Shown here: positions 1 to 8,078 of the stretch, piece after piece
How positions within the stretch are numbered: position 1 is the stretch's first letter
Layout of the letters: the number at the start of each line of letters is the position of its first letter
DNA from: a bacterium
Lineage (GTDB): Bacteria; RBG-13-61-14; DATKZS01
Direction of reading: 5' to 3'
DNA length: 26,855 bases
NCBI GenBank assembly: GCA_046484135.1
Contig: JAWOBU010000115.1
Location: 1 to 26,855, forward strand
Translations under genes and position numbers: made by a program
The notes under the pieces: model-generated
Seen by the model: the letters and a program-made list of their open reading frames with translations, nothing else
What the model was told of the DNA's origin: nothing
Databases searched by the model: none

Positions 1-16
1 TCATCCTTTTCCGCTA

Positions 17-44
17 TTGACAAAGCCGGAATTAAATTTATAAT
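17..44 (+). promoter_or_regulatory. sigma70-type promoter for the tRNA pair
   Basis: TTGACA (17-22), 16-nt spacer, TATAAT (39-44), about 18 nt upstream of tRNA-Gln. Confidence 0.85.
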
Positions 45-62
45 AAGGTGGTGTCCGGTCGC

Positions 63-136
63 TGAGGGATGGTCTAAGGGCAGGACACCGGGTTCTGGCC
101 CCGGCAGTCCAGGTTCGAATCCTGGTCCCTCAGCCA
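63..136 (+). tRNA. tRNA-Gln(CUG)
   Basis: Acceptor stem TGAGGGA/TCCCTCA, anticodon arm CCGGG-TTCTGGC-CCCGG, T-loop TTCGAAT, encoded CCA. Confidence 0.97.
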
Positions 137-175
137 GAAAAAAAATAAGCGGGAACGGTCCCGTTTTAAAGACGT

Positions 176-251
176 GCTCCCATCGTCTAGAGGTCTAGGA
201 CGCCGGGCTCTCAATCCGGAAACAGGGGTTCGAGTCCCCTTGGGAGCACCA
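176..251 (+). tRNA. tRNA-Glu(CUC)
   Basis: Acceptor stem GCTCCCA/TGGGAGC, anticodon arm CCGGG-CTCTCAA-TCCGG, T-arm AGGGG-TTCGAGT-CCCCT, encoded CCA. Confidence 0.97.
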
Positions 252-378
252 TTTTTATGCGGCCTCTTCCTTTTGCTTACTCTTTCCATTAACGGCGCTT
301 CAAGGCCCTCCGCCTTTTGCTTTCCCCAAGCTAATGAGTTATGTTTCTACTATCAGCTTATGAAGCCGGTTTAAAGTT

Positions 379-828
379 ATGCGAGTTTTAATTGTAAAAT
401 ATTCATGGTTGTCCGGACTGTTGCTGGGCGCCTTTTTGGCAGTGGTGGTGTGGGCTTTCCCTGCCTGCAAGGACTCGGAGGAGAGCCTTGCCCGGAGCTA
501 CCGCAGCGAGGTCAAAAGCAACTTGCGCGCGATCTCCTTCCTCCAGGAGAGCTGCTACGCGGAGCGGGCCACTTACTGCGGCACTTTCGGCCTGTTGAAC
601 TTTAACACTCCGGGCCAGAACCGGTACGCCTATTTTCTTCCCGGCGACCGGATCGAGGCTGAGAAAGGCGGTCCTTACACGCTGCCGGAAGGCGTCAAGC
701 CCGAGGTCAGCGAAAAAGGCTACCGGGTAGTTGCGGTGGGCAACATTGACTCCGACCCGGTACTGGACGTATGGACGGTGGACGAAAAGAAAACGGTGCA
801 GAACTTAAGGGATGACGTAAAGGAATAA
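379..828 (+). CDS. Type IV pilin-like protein without class III signal peptide; possible lipoprotein
   Basis: ARSYRSEVKSNLRAI..QE..YAE...Y, GQNRYAY and GNIDSDPVLDVW resemble the myxobacterial PilA globular domain; hydrophobic N-terminus ends FPA-C; no GFTLIE motif. Confidence 0.7.
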   Translation: MRVLIVKYSWLSGLLLGAFLAVVVWAFPACKDSEESLARSYRSEVKSNLRAISFLQESCYAERATYCGTFGLLNFNTPGQNRYAYFLPGDRIEAEKGGPYTLPEGVKPEVSEKGYRVVAVGNIDSDPVLDVWTVDEKKTVQNLRDDVKE

Positions 829-880
829 GCCGGCGGGAGCGCTGCCGGTGCGGTTTTTTCGGTATCAAAGGAGGGCTGAG

Positions 881-1360
881 ATGAAAGATGCCGATCCTGC
901 GAGGGGGCACAAGCTTGAATACGGCTGTGTGTTGTTTGTTTTGATAATCCTTGGGGTCCTAGCCATTCCCATGTTTAACAAGTTTTTCAGCGACAAGCAG
1001 AAACCGGTGGATAAAGAGAAGACGGCGCAGGAGCAGCCGGAGTCCCTTCAAATCCTGGAAGCTTTGCACGCGGCGCAGTCCGAGTACTTTGCCGAGCACG
1101 GGACCTACTCGGCGAGCTTCGGGGACCTGGGCTGGAAGCCGGAGGGCGACTCGGTATACGCCCTGTTTCTGCCCGAAGACTCGGTCCAGCCGGAAGACTC
1201 CGGTTCTGTTCAGCTTCCGGGGGGCCTCAAGGCTTTTGCAAGCGAGACGGGCTTCACCGCGATAGCGGCCGGCAACATAGACGATGACCCGGTGTTGGAC
1301 GTGTGGTGGATAAACGACAGCAAAGGGGTTCGGCACGTAGTGGACGATTCGAGCTTTTAA
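881..1360 (+). CDS. Type IV pilin-like membrane-anchored protein, paralog of 379-828
   Basis: ATG 881 follows a GGAGG RBS (preferred over the track's 848 start); TM helix VLFVLIILGVLAIPMF, LEALHAAQSEYFAEHGTY, GNIDDDPVLDVW. Confidence 0.7.
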   Translation: MKDADPARGHKLEYGCVLFVLIILGVLAIPMFNKFFSDKQKPVDKEKTAQEQPESLQILEALHAAQSEYFAEHGTYSASFGDLGWKPEGDSVYALFLPEDSVQPEDSGSVQLPGGLKAFASETGFTAIAAGNIDDDPVLDVWWINDSKGVRHVVDDSSF

Positions 1361-1442
1361 GCCGTGGCTTTTAAACCGGAGCTGATCCTGCACAGAGGAC
1401 CTGCCCAGGCGCGCGCGGAATTTTGAAAGAGGAGCTGTACTG

Positions 1443-2387
1443 ATGAGGATTTCTCGGATCGTTGCAGTAGCGGTCTTTTTAACATTACTGTCCCTGGCTG
1501 CGCCTTCCATCGAGGGGAGCGTGGTGTATGTCCCGCCGGTGGAGAGCATCTATGATGTGACCTATGCCAGGTTCGGAGACTCCGAGCTCCAGCTCGATAT
1601 AGCCTGGCCCACCGAGGGCGGTCCCTACCCTGTGCTGGTGTACTTCCACGGCGGCGGCTGGGGGATAGGCGACAAGAGCATGTTCCGGCACCGGATGAGG
1701 ATGATAGCCCGGTCCGGCTACGTGGTCTTTAACGCCAACTACCGGCTCTCGACCGAGGCCCGCTTTCCCGCCGCGGTAAACGACGCCATGGGCGCGGTCA
1801 TCTTTGCCAAGGACAAAGCTCCCGCTTATAACGGGGACCCCGACCGGGTGGCTGTGATGGGAGATTCCGCAGGCGCGCAACTGGCCGCCATGGTGGCCAC
1901 TGCGTGGGACGACCCTTACTTCGACCCCAGCTACTCGGGCAACAACGGGCATAACGCGCAGGTCCGGGCCGCGGCCCTCATGTACGGGCTGTACCGGCTC
2001 GAGCACCTTATCGAAGAAGACCCGCGCATCTGGGGAGTGGTGGTAACCAGGCCCATGGTGCTGGCCTTTATGGGAGGAACGCCCCGCACCAAGCCCAAGG
2101 CTTACGAGAAAGCCTCGGTCTCCCATTACCTGGACAAGGACAACCTGCCGCCCCTGTTCATAATGTGCGGCACCGCGGACTCCGTGTTCCCCGAGTCCGA
2201 GTGGCTCCATAAAGAGCTCGAAAAGAGGAAGGCCCGCCACACCGCCTTCTTTGTCACCGGCGCCGAGCACGAGTTCAACTACCTGGAAAACCGCAATGAC
2301 TTCCCATACCTCCACGCCGTCCTCACCTTCCTTGACCGCGAGCTCAAGAGAGACGGGACATCGCCCCGAGCCGGAGTTCCGGAATAA
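1443..2387 (+). CDS. Secreted alpha/beta hydrolase (HSL-family esterase/lipase)
   Basis: Signal peptide, HGGGW oxyanion motif, GDSAG nucleophile elbow, C-terminal Asp (GTAD) and His (AEHEF). Confidence 0.92.
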   Translation: MRISRIVAVAVFLTLLSLAAPSIEGSVVYVPPVESIYDVTYARFGDSELQLDIAWPTEGGPYPVLVYFHGGGWGIGDKSMFRHRMRMIARSGYVVFNANYRLSTEARFPAAVNDAMGAVIFAKDKAPAYNGDPDRVAVMGDSAGAQLAAMVATAWDDPYFDPSYSGNNGHNAQVRAAALMYGLYRLEHLIEEDPRIWGVVVTRPMVLAFMGGTPRTKPKAYEKASVSHYLDKDNLPPLFIMCGTADSVFPESEWLHKELEKRKARHTAFFVTGAEHEFNYLENRNDFPYLHAVLTFLDRELKRDGTSPRAGVPE

Positions 2388-2429
2388 ACGAGGCCCTTCC
2401 GGCCCGGTAGCCGCGAGCAATCGCTCAAC

Positions 2430-2466
2430 AAAAAAAGGGGAAACAAGGTCCTCCCCCGTCTCCCCT
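2430..2466 (-). terminator. Intrinsic terminator downstream of pckG
   Basis: Minus strand hairpin AGGGGAGACGGGG...CCTTGTTTCCCCT followed by a T-run. Confidence 0.75.
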
Positions 2467-2487
2467 GGATGGCGTTGTTTTTTTGTC

Positions 2488-4311
2488 TTACCAGGCGGCG
2501 TGGAACTTGCCTTCCGGGCCGCAGCACCTTTTCAGCCTCTTGCGCAGGGCGTGAAGCTCGTCATAGAGCCGTTGCGGCATCCTCTCGCCCAAGGAATTAT
2601 AGAACTCCTCGACCCGGTCGCATTCCTCGAGCCACTCGTCCTGGTCTATCTCGAAGAGCCTGGCCAGGCTCTCGCGGGGCATGTCCAGTCCTTCCATGTC
2701 CAGGGCGTTGTCATTGGGCATGTATCCGATGGGCGTCTGTACCGCGGGGACCTCTTCGCGGCTTCGCTGGAGTATCCATTCGAGGACCCGCAGGTTCTCG
2801 CCGAAGCCGGGCCATATAAACCTGCCTTCTTTGTCCTGACGGAACCAGTTGACGTGGAATATCTTGGGTTTGTGGGGAATGCGCTGTCCCATGTCCAGCC
2901 AGAAGCGGAAGTAGTCGCCCATGTTATAGCCGGTAAAGGGCCGCATGGCCATGGGGTCCCGCCGTATCTCGCCGACCTTGCCCACCTGGGCCGCGGTTCG
3001 CTCCGAGGCCATGGCTGACGCGATGTACACGCCGTGGGGATAGTCATAAGCCTGGTAGACCAGGGGCGCCAGGCTCGCCCGGCGGCCGCCGAAGATAAAA
3101 GCGCTGATGGGCACGCCGTCCAGCTTGTCCAGCCGGTTCGAGCGGGTGGGTATCTGATCAATGGGCACGGTGAACCTGGAGTTGGGATGCGCGGCAGGCA
3201 CGGGGTTGCCGTTCTCGTCCTTCATGTCCGGCGACCATGGCCTTCCGGTCCAGTCCAGGGCCTCCGGCGGAGGCGGGTCGTCGTGCCCTTCCCACCACAC
3301 GGTGCCGTCCGGCCGGAGGGCCACGTTGGTGTAGATGGTGTTTTTCTTCACCGCTTCCATGACGTTGGGGTTGGTCTTTCGGTTCGAGCCGGGCGCCACC
3401 CCGAAAGCGCCGGCTTCCGGGTTTACCGCCCACAGCCTGCCGTCAAAGCCCATGCGGAGCCAGGCGATGTCGTCGCCCACCGTCCAGATACGGTAGCCCT
3501 GGTCCTGGAGCGCCTTGGGCGGGACCAGCATGGCCAGGTTGGTCTTGCCGCACGCGGACGGAAAAGCCGCGGCCACGTACTCGGTGTGTCCGCCCGGCTC
3601 CTCGATTCCCAGGATCAGCATGTGCTCGGCCATCCAGCCCTCCTGCCGGCCCAGGTAGCTGGCGACACGAAGGGCCAGACACTTCTTGCCGAGAAGCACG
3701 TTGCCCCCGTAGCCCGAGTTAACGCTCCAGATGGTGTTGTCCTCCGGGAAGTGAAGGATGCGCCGCTTGTTGATGTCCATTTCCGCCCGGCTGTGAAGGC
3801 AACGGGTGAAATCACCGTCCGTGCCCAGGGCTTCGAGCACCGCTTTTCCCATCCTCGTCATGATGCGCATGTTGAGCACAACGTAAATGCTGTCCGTGAG
3901 CTCGACCCCGTACTTGGCGAACGGAGACTGCACCGGCCCCATGCTGAAAGGAACCACGTACATGGTCCGGCCCTTCATCGAGCCCCGGAAGTACTCGGTG
4001 GCTTCCTTGTAGCCGTCCTCCCGGCTCATCCAGTTGTTCAAGGGAGAAGCGTCCTCCTTGCGGTCCATGCAGATGTAGGTCAAATGCTCCGTCCGGGCTA
4101 CATCATCCTCCGCAGTCCGATGAAGCACGCAGCCCGGCAACTTCTCCTGGTCAAGCTCGATAAGCTCGCCCGTCTTACAGGCCTCGCCCTGTAAACGCTC
4201 CCGCTCCTCCTCCGAACCGTCGCACCAGTAAATCTTCTCCGGCTTGCAAAGACCGGCCATCTCATCAATCCAGTTCTTAAGCCCACGGTGAGCTACTACG
4301 CTCTCATCCAT
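2488..4311 (-). CDS. pckG: Phosphoenolpyruvate carboxykinase (GTP)
   Basis: SGYGGNVLLGKKC, FPSACGKTN, VGDDIAW, AHPNSRF, RRDPMAMRPF, FHVNWFR, WPGFGEN motifs; AAGGAG RBS. Confidence 0.98.
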   Translation of the reverse strand: MDESVVAHRGLKNWIDEMAGLCKPEKIYWCDGSEEERERLQGEACKTGELIELDQEKLPGCVLHRTAEDDVARTEHLTYICMDRKEDASPLNNWMSREDGYKEATEYFRGSMKGRTMYVVPFSMGPVQSPFAKYGVELTDSIYVVLNMRIMTRMGKAVLEALGTDGDFTRCLHSRAEMDINKRRILHFPEDNTIWSVNSGYGGNVLLGKKCLALRVASYLGRQEGWMAEHMLILGIEEPGGHTEYVAAAFPSACGKTNLAMLVPPKALQDQGYRIWTVGDDIAWLRMGFDGRLWAVNPEAGAFGVAPGSNRKTNPNVMEAVKKNTIYTNVALRPDGTVWWEGHDDPPPPEALDWTGRPWSPDMKDENGNPVPAAHPNSRFTVPIDQIPTRSNRLDKLDGVPISAFIFGGRRASLAPLVYQAYDYPHGVYIASAMASERTAAQVGKVGEIRRDPMAMRPFTGYNMGDYFRFWLDMGQRIPHKPKIFHVNWFRQDKEGRFIWPGFGENLRVLEWILQRSREEVPAVQTPIGYMPNDNALDMEGLDMPRESLARLFEIDQDEWLEECDRVEEFYNSLGERMPQRLYDELHALRKRLKRCCGPEGKFHAAW

Positions 4312-4472
4312 CTTGTTCTCCTTTATTGCCTGTACTTCGCGCCGGCCTGCCGACTTTCCCCTTTGAAAATAGCTCCCAACTCCACGGAAGACCAGTAGCG
4401 GATCAAATTAAAGTTTATAAATTGCCTGTAAAATTCCGGAGCTCTGGAAGGGCATTTTTATAAGTGCACAGC

Positions 4473-6413
4473 TCAGCTCTCTTCGTCCCGGGAGCGCTTC
4501 GGTCTTACTTTGACAAGCAGGTCCCCTTGCGCCACCTGGGCGCCTTCGTCAACGTCCACCTCCCGCACTACGCCGTCTATGGCGCTGCTTATGGTGTTGA
4601 GCATTTTCATGGCTTCCAGCACCAGCAGGGTGTCTCCCTCCGCCACTTTGTCTCCCTGGTTCACTTTTACTTCCGCCACCACTCCGGCGAGGGGGGCGCG
4701 CACTTCTCCCATCTCCGCCAGCGAGGCTATCTCTTCCTGGCTTAATGACTTTTTTTCCTCTTGTGTTTTTTTGCCTTCGGGCCGGTGCAGATATGGTTCG
4801 GGGTGATGATTAATCAGCAAATAGGTGAGGGTCCCTTCGTCCGAGGTCTGGTGTGAGGGACCTATGGACACCTGGTGGTGTTTGCCGGTATGGTCCTGGA
4901 AGGTGATCTGCTCGTTCTGTCCGAATCCGCCTTCTCTGAACCATATGTCGGGTCCGAAAACATAGGTCTTGCCGTACTCTTGTTCGAACTTGAAAAAATC
5001 CAGGGCATCACGCGGATGCTGAAGATAAAGTACCAGCTCCTCTTCATCACAGGCCCGGCCAAGGGCTTTTTCCATCTTTTCCTTTTCGGCGTTCAAGTCA
5101 ATGGGCTCTATGGCTTCGCAGCCTCTTTCCTCGCGGAGCTTCTCTTTCCAGCCGGGACCGAACACTGCTTCATAAATCTCGTCCGCCGGCCTTCGGAAGG
5201 GGAAAGGCCCGTACCTCTCCAGCAGAAGTCTTTTCAGGTCTTCGGAGGCGTTGACATATCGTTTGCCGGAAAGGGTATGAGTAACCGCGGTGGTCCAGAG
5301 TATCTGGGAGCCGGGAGTAACCGACCAGAAGTTTCCCAGCTCCTTATGTACGCGGGGAAGCTCTTTCATAAGTATTTCGGGCATGCGTTCCAGAAAGTCT
5401 CCCTTTACCGCCTGTTCAAAGCTCGAGCCCATGGCCCCGCCCGGCAGCTTGTGAACGTGAACGGTGGGATCGAAGCCCTTGAACTGCGACTCGAAGGCCC
5501 GATAACCGGGTCGTACTTCTCTCAGCTTGGAGCTGGTCGCGATTACGGCGTCGGAGTTTATGTTCTCCGCATGAATGCCTCTGTCCTCCATCATCATGAT
5601 GGTGGTCAGCAAAGGCGGCGGACCGTAGAAGCCGGTAAGGGCGTGGTCGGAAGCATCCACGATTTTTGCTCCCGCCCTTACCGCCGCCATGATTCTGCCT
5701 ATGTCGTTGCCGTCCGTGTTATGGCCGTGATAGTGGATTACGAGCTCCGGGAAGGCGTCTTTTAAGGCGGCGACCAGGTTATAAATCCTGCCGGGGGTCC
5801 CCAAACCGGAGTGGTTCTTGATGGCGAGAATAATGTCCGGACCGGTGACCTCGATTATTTCCCCGGCCTTCTTTACGTAAAACTCGTCGGTGTGCTCGGG
5901 GCCCGTCGAGAAACAGACCGCGGGTTCCAGGACTTTTCCAGCCCTCTTCACCTCTTCGAACACCGGGATCATGTTGGGCACGTGGTTCAAGAAATCGAAG
6001 ACACGCCATACGTCCACGTAACGCGCGAACTTTTGAACGGTAAGCCTGACCACGTTCTCCGGATAGGGACGATAGCCGAAAAGATTGTGTCCGCGGCAGA
6101 GAGTCTGGAACATGGTATGGGGCATTTTGCGCCGGAGCAGTCGGAGTCGCTCGAAGGGGTTTATCTGTTTTCGGAGCATATCAACGTGAACGCTTGCGCC
6201 TCCGCTTATCTCCAGGGAAAAATATCCGGCAGCGTCGCGCTCCTCCGCCACCAAAAGGTCGGTATGAGGAAGGATACGGTTTTTGAAATCGGACTGGGAC
6301 AGGTCCCGGGCAGTGTTGCTTATAAAGTATCCTTTCGCCTCTCGAAGCCTTTGGATGACACCCTCCGGGTCGGTTCCCGGCAGTATTCTTTCATTGACTG
6401 CTTGCTCTTTCAT
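4473..6413 (-). CDS. Pyruvate carboxylase-family carboxyltransferase plus biotin carrier subunit (divergent)
   Basis: HMGL-like TIM-barrel motifs (TARDLSQS, QTLCRGHN, VWRVFD, HYHGHNT, LPGG, VTPGSQ) and C-terminal EAMKM biotinylation site. Confidence 0.9.
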   Translation of the reverse strand: MKEQAVNERILPGTDPEGVIQRLREAKGYFISNTARDLSQSDFKNRILPHTDLLVAEERDAAGYFSLEISGGASVHVDMLRKQINPFERLRLLRRKMPHTMFQTLCRGHNLFGYRPYPENVVRLTVQKFARYVDVWRVFDFLNHVPNMIPVFEEVKRAGKVLEPAVCFSTGPEHTDEFYVKKAGEIIEVTGPDIILAIKNHSGLGTPGRIYNLVAALKDAFPELVIHYHGHNTDGNDIGRIMAAVRAGAKIVDASDHALTGFYGPPPLLTTIMMMEDRGIHAENINSDAVIATSSKLREVRPGYRAFESQFKGFDPTVHVHKLPGGAMGSSFEQAVKGDFLERMPEILMKELPRVHKELGNFWSVTPGSQILWTTAVTHTLSGKRYVNASEDLKRLLLERYGPFPFRRPADEIYEAVFGPGWKEKLREERGCEAIEPIDLNAEKEKMEKALGRACDEEELVLYLQHPRDALDFFKFEQEYGKTYVFGPDIWFREGGFGQNEQITFQDHTGKHHQVSIGPSHQTSDEGTLTYLLINHHPEPYLHRPEGKKTQEEKKSLSQEEIASLAEMGEVRAPLAGVVAEVKVNQGDKVAEGDTLLVLEAMKMLNTISSAIDGVVREVDVDEGAQVAQGDLLVKVRPKRSRDEES

Positions 6414-6431
6414 CTTACTGGTCCTTTGTTA

Positions 6432-7886
6432 CTACATGGCAAAGGGGTTTTTGCCGTTATGGTGAATGGCCGCCAGCAGTTTGCCCAGCTTGGCCTCCTC
6501 GCGGACGTGGTCTTGATAATCGAAAAGCTCGGGATGGCGGTCTATATACTCGGTGTCGAAGTTGTGTTCCAGAAACTCGGGCTCTTTGACCAGCCTCTGA
6601 TAAAAGGGAATGGTGGTCTTGGGACCTGCTATGACAAACCCTTTTAGGGCCCTCTCCAGGCGGCTGGCGGTGTCGCTCCAGGTAAAGCCGTACACCGTAA
6701 GCTTGACCAGGAGTGAGTCGTACTCCTCCGGGATGCGGTATCCCTGGTACACCATGCCGTCCAGGCGGATGCCGGGGCCGCCCGGCGAGTTATAAACCGC
6801 CACTGTGGTCCCGCACTCGGGCGCGAAGTCCCGGCGCGGGTCTTCGGCGTTGATCCGCATCTCCACCGCATAACCGCGACAGAAAATGTCCGACTGCTCC
6901 ACGTCAAGCGGCAGTCCCTCCGCCACCCGGATTTGACGCCTGACAATGTCAATGCCGGTGATGGCCTCGGTAACGGTGTGTTCCACCTGAAGACGGGTGT
7001 TGATCTCCAGGAAGTAAAATTTATTGTCGGAATCCACCAGGAACTCGACCGTGCCGGCGTTGGTGTATCCGGAATGGCGGGCGTAATCAACGGCAGTCCG
7101 GCAGACCTTTTCCTCCAGATCCGGCCCCACCAGACCCGGCGCAACTTCGACCAGCTTCTGATGACGGCGCTGGATCGAGCAGTTCCGGGCGCCCAGGTGG
7201 ATGATGTTGCCGTGCCGGTCTCCCAAAACCTGGACCTCGAGGTGCCGAGGTTTTACAAGCCCCTTTTCCAGGTAAAGACGCGGATCGTTAAAAGCGCTCC
7301 GGGCCTCCCGGGCGGCTATTCCTATCTGGGACCTCAGGTCATTCTCATCAACCACCCGGCGAATGCCGCGGCCGCCTCCTCCGGCCACCGCCTTCAGCAT
7401 TACCGGGTAGCCCGCCTCGTCCGCAAAAGCAAGGGCCTGCTCCAGACCCGCTTCTCCCTCCGGAAGGATGCCGCTGCCCGGAATAACCGGCACGCCCGAC
7501 TCCAACGCCAGTTTGCGCGCGATGGTTTTGTCCCCCAGGCTCTGGACCGCAGACGAGGGAGGACCTATAAAAATAATGCCCGCGTCCTCGCATGCGCTCG
7601 CAAGCTCTGCGTTCTCCGCCAGAAAGCCGTAGCCGGGATGAAGGGCCTGGCAACCGGAACGCTGGGCCGCCCAGATAATGCGGTCAATGTCAAGATAGTC
7701 TTTGCGGGGACCCGGACCTATCCACACCGCTTCATCAGCAGTGTGAAGGTGCCGCGAATACTGGTCGGGGGTCTCGTATACGGCCACCGCCTTCAGGCCC
7801 TCCTCCTGGACCGCCCGGCAAATACGAAGCGCGATCTCGCCCCGATTGGCGATCAAAACCTTACCGATCCTTCTGTAGCTCTGCAA
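6432..7886 (-). CDS. Biotin carboxylase subunit (pyruvate carboxylase A-type)
   Basis: KVLIANRGEIA, HPGYGFLAEN, GGGGRG, CSIQRRHQK, NTRLQVEH, RINAEDP; TTG start after GAGG. Confidence 0.95.
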   Translation of the reverse strand: MQSYRRIGKVLIANRGEIALRICRAVQEEGLKAVAVYETPDQYSRHLHTADEAVWIGPGPRKDYLDIDRIIWAAQRSGCQALHPGYGFLAENAELASACEDAGIIFIGPPSSAVQSLGDKTIARKLALESGVPVIPGSGILPEGEAGLEQALAFADEAGYPVMLKAVAGGGGRGIRRVVDENDLRSQIGIAAREARSAFNDPRLYLEKGLVKPRHLEVQVLGDRHGNIIHLGARNCSIQRRHQKLVEVAPGLVGPDLEEKVCRTAVDYARHSGYTNAGTVEFLVDSDNKFYFLEINTRLQVEHTVTEAITGIDIVRRQIRVAEGLPLDVEQSDIFCRGYAVEMRINAEDPRRDFAPECGTTVAVYNSPGGPGIRLDGMVYQGYRIPEEYDSLLVKLTVYGFTWSDTASRLERALKGFVIAGPKTTIPFYQRLVKEPEFLEHNFDTEYIDRHPELFDYQDHVREEAKLGKLLAAIHHNGKNPFAM

Positions 7887-7920
7887 AATAAAAACCTCGC
7901 TTCAAATGAACTGCAAAACC

Positions 7921-7952
7921 CAAAAAAAAACCGCCCGATCTCATCAGGCGGC
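7921..7952 (-). terminator. Intrinsic terminator/attenuator within the leader of the biotin carboxylase gene
   Basis: Minus strand GCCGCCTGAT-GAG-ATCGGGCGG followed by 9 T, about 35 nt before the start codon. Confidence 0.88.
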
Positions 7953-8073
7953 CCGGTAGAAGCGTATTCGACTAAAAACTCAGTCCCGCCTCCCCCGGGC
8001 AAGACACTTCTTAGTCTGGGTGTTGGCCCTTACAACCTCAACAATAACTGACCGGGGAGGTTCCATCTCAAGC
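7921..8073 (-). ncRNA. Structured 5' leader: candidate riboswitch/attenuator or sRNA, family unassigned
   Basis: Bounded by a consensus promoter and a terminator; P1 CCTCCCCGG/CCGGGGGAGG closes two inner hairpins; competing helix 8000-7987/7964-7951. Confidence 0.65.
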
Positions 8074-8078
8074 CAGTG

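Noticed and set aside
74..374. ORFs 74..289 (-) and 174..374 (+)
   Set aside because: They overlap the two tRNA genes and show no protein signal
252..2400. Genomic island integrated at tRNA-Glu
   Set aside because: No integrase, no duplicated tRNA 3' end seen in the window, no obvious compositional shift
6414..6434. Pyrrolysine or stop readthrough fusing the carboxylase subunits
   Set aside because: TAG is immediately followed by TAA and subunit B has its own RBS
7951..7962. Minus-strand TTCTACCGGGC resembling a purine riboswitch junction
   Set aside because: The other conserved purine-aptamer loops and junction residues are missing
2251..8051. Long plus-strand ORFs (2251..3018, 3034..4194, 4875..5765, 5811..6647, 6933..8051)
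   Set aside because: Antisense shadows of well-conserved GC-rich genes, with no motifs
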